This document shows, in pieces, positions 38,977 to 48,898 of a stretch of 64,000 nt of DNA. Position 1 is the stretch's first letter; each line of letters opens with the position of its first letter. A model generated the notes under the pieces. That model made no database searches. It saw nothing but the letters and a program-made list of their open reading frames with translations, and was not told where the DNA came from. The DNA is from Muribaculaceae bacterium (GTDB taxonomy: Bacteria > Bacteroidota > Bacteroidia > Bacteroidales > Muribaculaceae): contig JAFZRJ010000020.1 in NCBI GenBank assembly GCA_017619935.1, forward strand, positions 2,633-66,632, written 5' to 3'. Both the position numbers and the translations under genes were made by a program.

Positions 38977-39507
38977 GTGGCTTCATTCAAGTGGAACTTA
39001 AAGACATTACCGTTTGGTACTCAGTCAATTAATTATCACTTGGACGGCGATTTTTTTCGGGATAAGGAGCCGGTCGAAGTACTGTCGGCCAGCGTGGAAG
39101 TCGAAGTGACGATGACCCGCAAGACCGAGGTTGACTATGAAATGTCGATGTCGTGCCGAGGTTCGCTCACCATCCCGTGTGACCGTTGTCTGGAAGCGAT
39201 GACCCATGCGGTGGATGTCACCTACCAACTGAGCGTTAGACAAGAGGGCGATGAGCTTGACGACAGCAACGAGAAGGTGCTGATAGTGCCGGCGAGTTGG
39301 CGTGAACTGGACGTGGAGCCGCTCGTGCGCGACACGGTATTACTGACGGTGCCCATCATGCACACGCATGAAGAGGGCGAGTGCGACCAGTCGATGCTGT
39401 CGGCGCTGCAAGCCCATGAGGCCCTTGAAGAGCGTGAGAGAGACAATGCCGAAGCGGCGACCGACCCTCGTTGGGAAGCGCTGCGCAAGCTGAAGAATAA
39501 TAATTAA
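38977..39507 (+). CDS. YceD/DUF177 family protein
   Basis: CDRCL and DPRWEALRKL; lies upstream of rpmF. Confidence 0.88.
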   Translation: MASFKWNLKTLPFGTQSINYHLDGDFFRDKEPVEVLSASVEVEVTMTRKTEVDYEMSMSCRGSLTIPCDRCLEAMTHAVDVTYQLSVRQEGDELDDSNEKVLIVPASWRELDVEPLVRDTVLLTVPIMHTHEEGECDQSMLSALQAHEALEERERDNAEAATDPRWEALRKLKNNN

Positions 39508-39528
39508 CAAACATATAATTAAGAAGAA

Positions 39529-39714
39529 ATGGCACATCCTAAACGTAGACAATCAAAGACTCGCACAGCCAAGCGTCGTACTCATGACGTGGCTGTAGCT
39601 CCTACCATTGCTCAGTGCTCCAACTGTGGTGCATGGCATGTTTATCACACCGTATGCCCCGAGTGCGGGTACTACCGTGGCAAGAACGTGATGGGCGAGG
39701 AAGCAGCTGTTTAA
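39529..39714 (+). CDS. rpmF: 50S ribosomal protein L32
   Basis: MAHPKRRQSKTRTAKRRTH and CxxC...CxxCGYYRG. Confidence 0.97.
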   Translation: MAHPKRRQSKTRTAKRRTHDVAVAPTIAQCSNCGAWHVYHTVCPECGYYRGKNVMGEEAAV

Positions 39715-39864
39715 TGTATTTCCAACGCGCGGTGTGACTGCCGCCCGATAACGCATTAAATCAAACGCGAAAACAGAAAAGCGTATCCTAAATCAAGTTG
39801 CATTATGACACCTTAATTTAGGATATTCGCTTTTTATTACCGACCTAAAATCTATTAAATCAAT

Positions 39865-40848
39865 ATGCTGAACGCAAAGATTACGGGCATTGCTTCTTAT
39901 GTACCCGATTACATACTTGATAACGACGAGCTTTCGCAAATGGTGGACACCACCGACGAATGGATTACCACGCGAGTGGGCATCAAGGAGCGTCGCATTC
40001 TGAAGAAGAACGTGGGCTCCAGCTATATGGGTATTAAAGCCGTTAACAAACTGCTTGAGGAGACGGGCACCAATCCCGATGACGTGGATTTGCTCATCTG
40101 CCCCACCAGTAATCCCGACTATCGCTTCCCGTCGACCGCTTCAATCATCTCCCACGCTTGTGGACTGGAGAAGAAGTGTTATGCTTTCGACATTCAGGCC
40201 GCCTGTGCCGGATTCCTTGTGGGTCTTTACAACGGCAGCGCCTATATCAAGGCAGGCCTGTACAAGAAGGTCATCGTGGTCACCGCCGAGAAGATGTCGA
40301 GCATGACCAACTATCAGGACCGCGCCACTTGTCCACTCTTCGGTGACGGTGCGGGCGCCGTGCTTCTGGAACCTACCGAGGAACATGAGGGAATTATCGA
40401 CGGAATTTTTCACATCAACGGTGAAGGCTTTGAGTTCCTGCACTACAAGGCTGGTGGCTCGGCTCATCCGGCAAGTCACGCTACTGTGGACGCAGGCGAG
40501 CACTTCTTGTATCAGGAGGGCCGTTCGGTGTACCGCCACGCTGTGATTGATATGGTTACTTCGTCGCAGGACGTGATCAGGCGTAACGGCCTGTCGGTAA
40601 AAGACATTGACTGGTTTGTGCCACATCAGGCCAACCTGCGCATCATCGAGGCCGTGGGCGCGCGCTTGGGTCTTCCCGAGGAGAAAGTGCTGGTCAATAT
40701 CCAGCACCGCGGTAATACCAGTGCCGCCACCATCCCCATCTGCATCGATGAGTACAAGCACCTTATCAAGAAAGGCGACAAGTTGATTCTCACCGCTTTC
40801 GGTGCTGGATTCACGTGGGGAGCCATCTATCTGATTTGGTCGATCTGA
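39865..40848 (+). CDS. fabH: Beta-ketoacyl-ACP synthase III
   Basis: DTTDEWITTRVGIKERR, AACAGF, LFGDGAGA, PHQANLRII, GNTS and FGAGFTWG. Confidence 0.95.
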   Translation: MLNAKITGIASYVPDYILDNDELSQMVDTTDEWITTRVGIKERRILKKNVGSSYMGIKAVNKLLEETGTNPDDVDLLICPTSNPDYRFPSTASIISHACGLEKKCYAFDIQAACAGFLVGLYNGSAYIKAGLYKKVIVVTAEKMSSMTNYQDRATCPLFGDGAGAVLLEPTEEHEGIIDGIFHINGEGFEFLHYKAGGSAHPASHATVDAGEHFLYQEGRSVYRHAVIDMVTSSQDVIRRNGLSVKDIDWFVPHQANLRIIEAVGARLGLPEEKVLVNIQHRGNTSAATIPICIDEYKHLIKKGDKLILTAFGAGFTWGAIYLIWSI

Positions 40849-40990
40849 TGCGGCATTGCCGGAAACGTATATGTTGGGCGTCATCTTTCATGGATGATGC
40901 CCATTTCTTTTAAAATGAATTTTGGATTCTTGTGGATTTTGTTTAATTTTGCAGTCTATTGAAATGCGAATCATCTAAAAAATCAGAGAT

Positions 40991-41860
40991 ATGAATCTAG
41001 AAGGAAGACGCGAGAGTAGTAATGTGGAGGATCGCCGCGGTTTGTCGGGCGGTGCAAAAGCAGGTATTGGTGGCATCGGTGCCATCATCATTGCATTGAT
41101 TTTGTCGTTCTTCACCGGCGGCGACTTGAGCAGCGTGCTGCAGAACGTGGGTGAAATGGGCACGATGGGCGGCGAAGAAACCACCCAGCAGGAATTTACC
41201 CAGGAAGAACAGGAACTGGCCGCTTTCAGCAAGAAGATTCTGGCAGGCACCGAGGATGTGTGGAGCCAAATCTTCCAGGAGAATGGCTGGGGCGAGTACA
41301 AGAATCCCACCATGGTGCTTTACACCGGCTCGACAAGCACTGGTTGCGGAACCGGCAGCGCCCAGATGGGCCCGTTCTATTGTTCGGCCGACCAATGTTT
41401 GTATATCGACTTGTCATTCTTCTCCAACATGCGCCAGCAGTTGGGCGCCGACGGTGACTTCGCTTATGCTTACGTGATTGCCCACGAGGTGGGACATCAT
41501 GTGGAATACCTCACCGGAACTCTTGAAAAAGCGCACTCACAGATGTCGCGCACCGACAAAACGACCGCCAACCGTATCAGCGTACGACTGGAGTTGTTGG
41601 CCGATTTCTATGCCGGTGTGTGGGCTAACCGCGACAACCGCATGTTCAATTCGCTTGAAGAGGGCGACCTGGCGAAGGCCATTAATTGCGCCCAGAAGAT
41701 TGGCGACGACTACTTGCAGAAGAAAGCGCAGGGCTACGACATCCCCGAAAGCTTTACCCATGGTACCAGCGCACAGCGCATGAAGTGGCTCAAGCTGGGT
41801 TTGCAGACGGGTGATGTGCGTTACGGGACCACGTTCCAGCAGAGCGACTCGCAGCTCTGA
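40991..41860 (+). CDS. YpfJ-like neutral zinc metallopeptidase
   Basis: SSNVEDRRG, GPFYC, AHEVGHH, ELLADFYAG and FTHGTSAQR. Confidence 0.9.
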   Translation: MNLEGRRESSNVEDRRGLSGGAKAGIGGIGAIIIALILSFFTGGDLSSVLQNVGEMGTMGGEETTQQEFTQEEQELAAFSKKILAGTEDVWSQIFQENGWGEYKNPTMVLYTGSTSTGCGTGSAQMGPFYCSADQCLYIDLSFFSNMRQQLGADGDFAYAYVIAHEVGHHVEYLTGTLEKAHSQMSRTDKTTANRISVRLELLADFYAGVWANRDNRMFNSLEEGDLAKAINCAQKIGDDYLQKKAQGYDIPESFTHGTSAQRMKWLKLGLQTGDVRYGTTFQQSDSQL

Positions 41861-41961
41861 TGCTCAAGCCCGAAAAAGAAATCAAGAAATAAAAACTTCT
41901 AGCCACCATCACAGGTGTCTAGCGCCGTTGTGCGTGTGGTGGCCTCAAATATATTGATTGT

Positions 41962-42753
41962 ATGAGACTGATTATTGAACCTGATTATGAACAAGTGTCG
42001 CGGTGGGCAGCGCACTATGTGGCCGACCGCATCAATGCGGCACAACTCACTCCCGAACATCCGTTTGTATTGGGATGTCCCACCGGTAGCTCGCCGCTGG
42101 GTATGTATAAAGAATTGATCAAGTTGAACAAGGCCGGCAAGGTGAGTTTCCAGAATGTGGTGACGTTCAACATGGACGAGTACTGCGGCATTCCCGAGTC
42201 GCATCCCGAGAGTTACCACTCTTTCATGTGGAATAATTTCTTTGACCACATCGACATCAGGCCCGAGAATGTGAATATTCTCAACGGCAACGCTTCCGAC
42301 TTGGAGAAAGAATGCGCCGACTATGAGGCCCGCATTGAGGCCGTGGGCGGCATCGATCTCTTCATGGGTGGTGTTGGTCCCGACGGCCATATCGCTTTTA
42401 ACGAGCCGGGTTCGTCGCTCACATCACGCACTCGTCAGAAAACACTCACGCAGGACACCATCATCGCCAACAGCCGTTTCTTTGACGACGACATCAATCA
42501 GGTGCCCAAGACTGCGCTGACTGTTGGGGTGGGGACCATTATGGCCGCTCGCAGCGTGATGATCATTGTCAATGGTTACAAGAAAGCGCGCGCTTTGCAG
42601 CAGGCCGTTGAGGGCGCCGTGAGCCACATGTGCACGCTGAGCGCTTTGCAAATGCACCCCAAGGCCATCATCGTGGCCGATGAAGATGCTTGCATGGAAC
42701 TCAAGGTGGGCACTTACCGTTATTTCAAAGACATCGAACGCAACAACTTATAG
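41962..42753 (+). CDS. nagB: Glucosamine-6-phosphate deaminase
   Basis: [15 protein letters not shown] and [16 protein letters not shown]. Confidence 0.96.
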   Translation: MRLIIEPDYEQVSRWAAHYVADRINAAQLTPEHPFVLGCPTGSSPLGMYKELIKLNKAGKVSFQNVVTFNMDEYCGIPESHPESYHSFMWNNFFDHIDIRPENVNILNGNASDLEKECADYEARIEAVGGIDLFMGGVGPDGHIAFNEPGSSLTSRTRQKTLTQDTIIANSRFFDDDINQVPKTALTVGVGTIMAARSVMIIVNGYKKARALQQAVEGAVSHMCTLSALQMHPKAIIVADEDACMELKVGTYRYFKDIERNNL

Positions 42754-42771
42754 CATTCGCATTTCATCAAG

Positions 42772-42805
42772 CAGGGACGGACCCGAAAGGACCGTCCCTG
42801 TTTTG
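42772..42805 (+). terminator. Intrinsic terminator after nagB
   Basis: CAGGGACGG...CCGTCCCTG-TTTT. Confidence 0.7.
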
Positions 42806-42907
42806 TTATGGTATGGGCACAAAAAAAGCTGTTCGACTCTCTTCGAGGGGAACAGCTTCAAACTCCTGTTTAACTTACGTTATTCGGAAATTTTCGGTTG
42901 GCGAGTA

Positions 42908-43126
42908 TTACTCCTTAACTTCTTCAGCAACCTTCTCAGCGGCAGCAGCCACGGTGTCGGCAGCAGCAGCAACAGTGCTATCAACAGCAGCAGCAGCGCT
43001 ATCAACAACCTCAGTTACCTCGGCAGCAACGCTGTCAACTGCATCCTGAGCCTGCTCAGCAGTACCAGTGCAAGAAACCATCGACATTCCGAAAACAACA
43101 GCAAGTAACAAAACTAACTTTTTCAT
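42908..43126 (-). CDS. Small Ala/Val-rich lipoprotein
   Basis: MKKLVLLLAVVFGMSMVSC lipobox; repeated D-S/T-x motifs. Confidence 0.8.
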   Translation of the reverse strand: MKKLVLLLAVVFGMSMVSCTGTAEQAQDAVDSVAAEVTEVVDSAAAAVDSTVAAAADTVAAAAEKVAEEVKE

Positions 43127-43377
43127 TTCTCTTTTAATTTAATAATAAAACAATAATTAATTTCTGCTTTGAAAAACGGTGCAAATTTATATCAAATATT
43201 TTACATGCAAGAGTTTTTCTGAAAAATTTTCTTCTTTTTTTGCCTGATATCGTTTGCATACCCGTACGGGTTATAGCTCGAATACCACCTAAGGTGTTAA
43301 TAATCAACAAATAAGCCCCTAAATCGGGGCTTTATAACGGATTTGTTAAATAATGTTATCAATTAGATACCTTTTTT

Positions 43378-45039
43378 TTAGTGACTATATAAATATCGTT
43401 TGATACTGCGCTTGGGCGTCTTCTCAAACTCGTTGGCAATGAGCTGGATTTTGGCGATGCGCTCGTAGGGAGCTACCAGTTTGTTAAGCTCGTTGCGGAC
43501 GTTTTCCATGAGCTCGGGCAACTGTTCGGGTGTCACGCCCAGCTGGTCCATGACCTCGTAGTCGGGATAGACGAGTGCCACAAGTTTGCCCTCGCGTTCC
43601 ACCACCAAGCTCTCGCTCACATAGAGCATATTGTTGAGTTTGGCCTCGATTTCTTCGGGATAAATGTTCTGTCCACTGCTGCCAAGCAGCATGGTCTTGA
43701 GTCGGCCGCGGATGAAGATGGTGCCGTCGGGGCTCATCGTGCCCATGTCGCCGGTGTGTAGCCATCCCTCTTCATCAATCACTTTCTTGGTGGCATCTTC
43801 GTTGTGGTAGTAGCCAATCATGGCGTTCTCGCCGCGTACGCAGATTTCGCCCGGGGTGTTCTCGGGGTCTTCGCTCAGAATCTTGCATTTCATGATTCCC
43901 GGCAGAATGCGGCCAGAACTGCGGGGAACGAACTCGCGCCAGGGAGCATAAGACACCAGTGGCGCGCACTCGGTCATGCCGTAGCCCACGGTGAACGGGA
44001 ACTTGATTTTATGGAGGAACGCCTCCACCTCGTCGTTGAGCGCCGCTCCACCGATAATCACTTCTTCGAACTCGCCGCCAAAAGCCTCAACAAGTTTCTT
44101 GCGGATGCGTGAATAAATCTGACTGTCAAGGAAGGGAACGGCAAGCGCCCATCGCAACATGCCCTGACTGATCAGTGGCACAATCATCTTGTTGTAGATT
44201 TTCTCCAAAATCAGTGGCACGCACAGCACGAGGTTGGGCTTGACGTCGGCCAAAGCCTGAAGCAGGATTTTGGGCGAGGGCATACGTCCCAGCAGCGTGA
44301 TGTGTGATCCGGCTGCCAGCGGTGTGAGCATGTCGAACATGCAGCCATAAGTATGAGCGAGCGGCAGGAACGAGAGTGAGCGCGATTGGCGGTAAAAGAT
44401 TCCGCTGTTGATGGCAAAGACGATGTTGCCCGCCAGGTTGTTGTTGGTAATCATCACGCCCTTACTGAACCCCGTGGTGCCGCTGGTGTAGTTGATGACC
44501 AGCATGGCGTCGTTGGGCACGTCGGCGAAGCGGACGTCGTTGCGGTAGAAACCGTCCTTGTATCGCTCGTTGAAAGATGCCTCCAAGTGGGAGATTTCCA
44601 GACTCACGCTGTCGGGTTGTTTCTCAGCCACCACTTTTGACTCGTCGGTCAGCAGCACGGCGCGCACGTTGAATAATTGCTCGAAATCGAGCGTGTCCCA
44701 AATCGACCTGGTTGTGAACAGCATGATGCTCTCGCTGTGGTTGACGATGTGCTGCACGTCGGCGGGATTGAAATCTTGCAGGATGGGCACAATCACCGCA
44801 CCGTAGGTGATGGTGGCGATGAACACGGTGACCCATTCGTGCGTGTTCTTGCCGATGAGGGCGATGTGGTCGCCGGGCTTGATGCCGCAACGCTCATACA
44901 GCAGGTGCAGGCGGGCAATGTTTTCGGCAAATGCGCCATAAGTGAGCGTTTCCTTGGTCCCGTAGTCACTCAAGGCGGGCAAGTCCCAGTTATCAATGAA
45001 GCTCTTCTCGAGCATCTTGATAGTATTTTCTTTCATCAT
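43378..45039 (-). CDS. Long-chain fatty acid--CoA ligase (paralog 2)
   Basis: YTSGTTGFSKG, GYGMTE, WLHTGD and GQNIYPEEIE. Confidence 0.92.
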   Translation of the reverse strand: MMKENTIKMLEKSFIDNWDLPALSDYGTKETLTYGAFAENIARLHLLYERCGIKPGDHIALIGKNTHEWVTVFIATITYGAVIVPILQDFNPADVQHIVNHSESIMLFTTRSIWDTLDFEQLFNVRAVLLTDESKVVAEKQPDSVSLEISHLEASFNERYKDGFYRNDVRFADVPNDAMLVINYTSGTTGFSKGVMITNNNLAGNIVFAINSGIFYRQSRSLSFLPLAHTYGCMFDMLTPLAAGSHITLLGRMPSPKILLQALADVKPNLVLCVPLILEKIYNKMIVPLISQGMLRWALAVPFLDSQIYSRIRKKLVEAFGGEFEEVIIGGAALNDEVEAFLHKIKFPFTVGYGMTECAPLVSYAPWREFVPRSSGRILPGIMKCKILSEDPENTPGEICVRGENAMIGYYHNEDATKKVIDEEGWLHTGDMGTMSPDGTIFIRGRLKTMLLGSSGQNIYPEEIEAKLNNMLYVSESLVVEREGKLVALVYPDYEVMDQLGVTPEQLPELMENVRNELNKLVAPYERIAKIQLIANEFEKTPKRSIKRYLYSH

Positions 45040-45094
45040 GATGTCAGCAGTCGTTAAATTCTCGGGGTGTCAATGAAGTTGATGTTGCAATGTG

Positions 45095-46756
45095 TCAGTT
45101 GCTGTACAGATATCGCTTGATGCTACGCTTGGGCGTCTTCTCAAACTCGGTGGCGATGAGCTGGATTTTGGCGATACGCTCGTAGGGGGCTACCAGTTTG
45201 TTAAGCTCAACGCGGATGTTCTCCATAAGTTCGGGGAGTTGTTCGCGTGTTACGCCCAACTGGTCCATGGCCTCGTAGTCGGGATAGACGAGTCCCACTA
45301 GTTTGCCGTCCCGTTCCACAACCAGGCTCTCGCTCACGAAGAGCATATTGTTAAGTTTGGCTTCAATTTCTTCGGGGTAGATATTCTGGCCACTGCTGCC
45401 CAGCAGCATGGTCTTGAGTCGGCCACGGATGAAGATGGTGCCGTCGGCACTCAGGGTACCCATGTCGCCAGTGTGCAACCATCCGTCTTCGTGCAGCACC
45501 TTGTCGGTAGCCTCGCTATTGTGGAAGTAGCCGCTCATCACGTTTTCGCCGCGCACGCAGATTTCACCCGGGACATTCTCGGGGTCATCGCTCAGAATCT
45601 TACATTCCATGATGCCCGGCAAGATACGGCCCGAACTGTGTGGCACGAACTCGCGCCAGGGTGTGTGCGAAACCAGTGGCGCGCACTCGGTCATGCCATA
45701 GCCCACGGTGAACGGGAATTTGATTTTGTATAGGAAATCTTCCACCTCGGAGTTGAGCGCGGCTCCACCCACAATCACCTCCTCAAACTCGCCGCCGAAG
45801 GCCTCGATGAGTCTCTGTCGGATGCGGGCGTAGATGCGGTTGTCGAGGTAGGGTACGGCAAGCGCCCATCGCAACATGCCCTGACTGATCATGGGCACAA
45901 TCATCTTGCTGTAGATTTTTTCCAGAATGAGCGGCACGCAGATGACCAGGTTGGGCTTGATTTCGGCCAAGGCTTTGATGAGAATCTTGGGCGAAGGGAT
46001 GCGTCCCAGCAACGTGAGGTGTGCTCCCACGGCCAGCGGCGTGAGCATGTCAAACGCGCAGCCATAGGCGTGTGCCAGCGGAAGGAACGACAGCACCCGC
46101 GTGCCCTGGCTGTGCAATCCGGAGTTGATACCATAGACGATGTTGCCCGCCAGGTTGTTGCCGGTAATCATCACGCCCTTGCTGAATCCCGTGGTGCCGC
46201 TGGTGTAGTTGATGACCATCAAGGCTTCGTTGGGCACGTTGGGATAATGAATCTCGTTGCGGTAGAATCCGCTCTTGTATCGCTCGGCGAAGGCCGCTGG
46301 TAAGTCATAGAGCACCTTGCTCACCTCGCCCGCCACCTTCTCGGCAACGACTTGGCGCTCCTCGGTGAGCATCACCGCGCGCAGGCGGTGCAACTGGTCG
46401 AAATCGAGGGTGTCCCAGATGGCTTTGCCGGCAAAGAGCATGACGCTCTCGCTGTGGTTGATGATGTGCTGTACGTCGGTGGGGTTGAACTCTTGCAGGA
46501 TAGGCACAATCACGGCACCATAGGTGATGGTGCCCATGAAAATGGTGACCCATGAAGGCGTGTTCTTGCCGATGAGGGCGATATGGTCGCCGGGCTTGAT
46601 GCCGCAGCGCTCATAGAACAAGTGCAGACGAGCAATGTTTTCAGCAAATTCGCCATAGGTGAGTGTCTGGTTCGTGTTGTAGTCACTCAGGGCTGGCAAC
46701 TCCCAATTATCGATGAAACTCTTTTCAAAGATCTTGATTGTATTCTCTTTCATCAT
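45095..46756 (-). CDS. Long-chain fatty acid--CoA ligase (paralog 1)
   Basis: Same AMP-binding motifs and same 553-aa length as its neighbour. Confidence 0.92.
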   Translation of the reverse strand: MMKENTIKIFEKSFIDNWELPALSDYNTNQTLTYGEFAENIARLHLFYERCGIKPGDHIALIGKNTPSWVTIFMGTITYGAVIVPILQEFNPTDVQHIINHSESVMLFAGKAIWDTLDFDQLHRLRAVMLTEERQVVAEKVAGEVSKVLYDLPAAFAERYKSGFYRNEIHYPNVPNEALMVINYTSGTTGFSKGVMITGNNLAGNIVYGINSGLHSQGTRVLSFLPLAHAYGCAFDMLTPLAVGAHLTLLGRIPSPKILIKALAEIKPNLVICVPLILEKIYSKMIVPMISQGMLRWALAVPYLDNRIYARIRQRLIEAFGGEFEEVIVGGAALNSEVEDFLYKIKFPFTVGYGMTECAPLVSHTPWREFVPHSSGRILPGIMECKILSDDPENVPGEICVRGENVMSGYFHNSEATDKVLHEDGWLHTGDMGTLSADGTIFIRGRLKTMLLGSSGQNIYPEEIEAKLNNMLFVSESLVVERDGKLVGLVYPDYEAMDQLGVTREQLPELMENIRVELNKLVAPYERIAKIQLIATEFEKTPKRSIKRYLYSN

Positions 46757-46777
46757 AACCTTAAGACCATTTTTTCA

Positions 46778-46930
46778 GTGCAAAATTACTGCAAGCCGAG
46801 CGAAATACAAAATGAAAGCCGAAGTTTTTCATTTTTATTTCAGAGGCGCAGCGTAATTTGGCGACTTTGTCGCAACATTACTGCAGAACGAGCGAAATAC
46901 AAAATGAAAGCCGAAGTTTTTCATTTTTAT
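46778..46930 (-). repeat. Promoter-bearing palindromic repeat (family 2)
   Basis: 42-bp direct repeats at 46797-46838 and 46889-46930, plus a partial third at 47320-47350. Homologous to the reverse complement of 55324-55487. Ends in CAAAATTA, a -7 element pointing at the fadD gene. Confidence 0.8.
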
Positions 46931-46999
46931 GTTTTTCGTAACGATAATAATTTCGCAATAAAGCAGCTTGATTTCTATGACATAATTGTTTTGGTGTGT

Positions 47000-47278
47000 T
47001 GCGTCGAAGACGCAGAATGCTTCGGAGAAGCTATTTGTCGGAAAGACCATGCAAGAGGGTCGAAGACTCTCGCAGCTTGGTCCTTGCCCTATCTAATGAA
47101 AATGTGCCTCGGAGAGGAACTTCAACCAGTACACGCAGCGCCAAAGACAACGCAGAAGTTCGTCTTCGACGCACCGCCCTGAGTCGTGGCTTGTGACCAA
47201 GCGTCGCACCCTTACTGGGTGCTCGCATGGTTTTTAACACGATGTCGGGCCTTCGACCCGCCCAGCATCTTCGATGCT
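47000..47278 (+). repeat. GNA-triloop hairpin doublet element, copy 2 (complete)
   Basis: Near-identical to 55123-55317 and to the reverse complement of 924-1204; consists of two inverted units. Confidence 0.9.
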
Positions 47279-47492
47279 TCACCACCTAATACTTTTGCGT
47301 GTCCCATTGTGGAAATAGGAATGAAAGCCGAAGTTTTTCATTTTTATTTCCTTATGTATTTATTATTAAGTAGGAACGCGTGCGCGCGTAGTGGCTACGG
47401 TCGCAAGTGGCGTGTACGGCCGAAAAAGGGCTGGGAAAAGAAGAAAAATAATTTTTTTTCCGCTTTTCTCTTGTCAGTTCAAAAATTAGTAG

Positions 47493-47500
47493 TAACTTTG
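47493..47500 (+). promoter_or_regulatory. -7 promoter of the tRNA operon
   Basis: TAACTTTG, with TTG at 47471. Confidence 0.7.
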
Positions 47501-47527
47501 CAGCCGCAAATGAGGCGAACGCCTGAA

Positions 47528-47603
47528 GACTCCGTAGCTCAGCTGGTAGAGCAATTGACTCTTAATCAATGGGTCGTGGGTTCGAGTCCCACCGGGGTCA
47601 CCA
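47528..47603 (+). tRNA. tRNA-Lys (CTT)
   Basis: Acceptor GACTCCG/CGGGGTC, D-arm AGCTCAGCTGGTAGAGC, anticodon arm TTGA-CTCTTAA-TCAA, TTCGAG T-loop and encoded CCA. Confidence 0.96.
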
Positions 47604-47610
47604 CCTATTT

Positions 47611-47692
47611 GCCCAGGTGGCGGAATTGGTAGACGCGCACGTTTCAGGTGCGTGTGCCGCAAGGTGTGAAGGTTCGAGTCCTTTCCTGGGCA
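47611..47692 (+). tRNA. tRNA-Leu (CAG)
   Basis: Acceptor GCCCAGG/CCTGGGC, GGCGGAATTGGTAGAC D-arm, anticodon CACGT-TTCAGGT-GCGTG and a long variable arm. CCA is not encoded. Confidence 0.95.
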
Positions 47693-47697
47693 CTAAG

Positions 47698-47736
47698 ATA
47701 GGCTGTAAATCAACGATTTACAGCCTATTTGTTTTT
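47698..47736. terminator. Terminator between the tRNAs and the convergent GH3 gene
   Basis: ATAGGCTGTAAATC-aac-GATTTACAGCCTAT-TTGTTTTT. Confidence 0.7.
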
Positions 47737-47764
47737 CGTTCAGAATTGGTGGTTAGGATTTATT

Positions 47765-48898
47765 CTAGTGCAGCGTGCTCAATTTCGCTTGTAGGCGTGC
47801 GATTCGCTCGTTGCTCTCCACGATGCGCGAAAGAGGTATCTTTCCGTCTTTCACCGCTTGCACGATCAGTTCTACCAGCCGTTGCGGCCGGTTGGCTTCA
47901 AATCCGGTGCTAATGTTGTTGCCTACGCACAGCATGTCGGCGCCGGCATTGATCGCCATGATGATGGCGTTTTCCACGCTGTAGTTGTCAATGATGCCCT
48001 GCATATACATGTCGTCGGTCACCAGCACACCCTTGAATCCCAGGCTGTCACGCAGCAGTTCGGTGAGCACTTTGTGCGACAGGGTCGCGGGCAGTTCGGG
48101 GTCGAGTTGACGGTTCACGATGTGCGCCGTCATGATAAGGTCGGCACACCCGTTGTCGATGAGCGCCTTGAACGGCTCCAGTTCGCTGCTGTGCCATGTG
48201 TTGGTGACATCAACAAACCCCCAGTGCGAATCGTTCACGGCGCTGCCGTGACCCGGGAAGTGCTTGAGTGTGCACAGCACTCCTTGATTGTGGTGCTCAT
48301 CGATGAACCAAGTGGCATGCCTGACGATTGCGGCCGGGTCGTCGGAAAAACACCGGTCGATTTTTCCCAGCCCGGGACCCTCGGGGTTCAGGATGTCAAC
48401 CACTGGCGCCAAATTGACGTTCACCCCGCTCTGTGCCACTTCCTCGGCGATGAGGCGCGCGTAATGGCGCGTGGTGTCTTCGCTGTCAATCAGCCCCAGT
48501 CGTTTCGCGCTCACGGTGGGCCGATAGCCATACTGCGGCTTGAGCCGTGCCACGCGACCGCCTTCCTGGTCGAGGGCTATCAGCAGTGGATAGTCGGCCC
48601 AGTCATGCAGTTGTTTGGTCATGCGCATGAGCCGCTCCTTGCTCGTTACGTTGCGGCTTCCGATGGTTGCCGACCCGGTCAGGTCGATGTCAAATAGGAT
48701 GATGGCACCCACTTTCAGGTCGCGCACATAGCGGGCGGCGTCGCTGTCGTCGTCCACCTGGTCGCCTTTGAATCCCACCATCAGCATGCGTGCGGCATAG
48801 CGCCGCAGCACCGAATCGTTGGGCAGTGCCTCGGTGGCATTAACAATCATGGCCATGACTGACGCCACGGCCATGAAGAGATATTTCGTGCGTTTCAT
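47765..48898 (-). CDS. GH3 beta-N-acetylhexosaminidase (NagZ-like)
   Basis: DQEGGRVARL, NLAPVVD, KHFPGHGS...DSH, IMTAH and VTDDMYM. Confidence 0.9.
   Translation of the reverse strand: MKRTKYLFMAVASVMAMIVNATEALPNDSVLRRYAARMLMVGFKGDQVDDDSDAARYVRDLKVGAIILFDIDLTGSATIGSRNVTSKERLMRMTKQLHDWADYPLLIALDQEGGRVARLKPQYGYRPTVSAKRLGLIDSEDTTRHYARLIAEEVAQSGVNVNLAPVVDILNPEGPGLGKIDRCFSDDPAAIVRHATWFIDEHHNQGVLCTLKHFPGHGSAVNDSHWGFVDVTNTWHSSELEPFKALIDNGCADLIMTAHIVNRQLDPELPATLSHKVLTELLRDSLGFKGVLVTDDMYMQGIIDNYSVENAIIMAINAGADMLCVGNNISTGFEANRPQRLVELIVQAVKDGKIPLSRIVESNERIARLQAKLSTLH

Noticed and set aside
47611-47760. Genomic island integrated at tRNA-Leu
   Set aside because: No integrase follows, no duplicated tRNA 3' end was seen, and the downstream genes have host-like composition.
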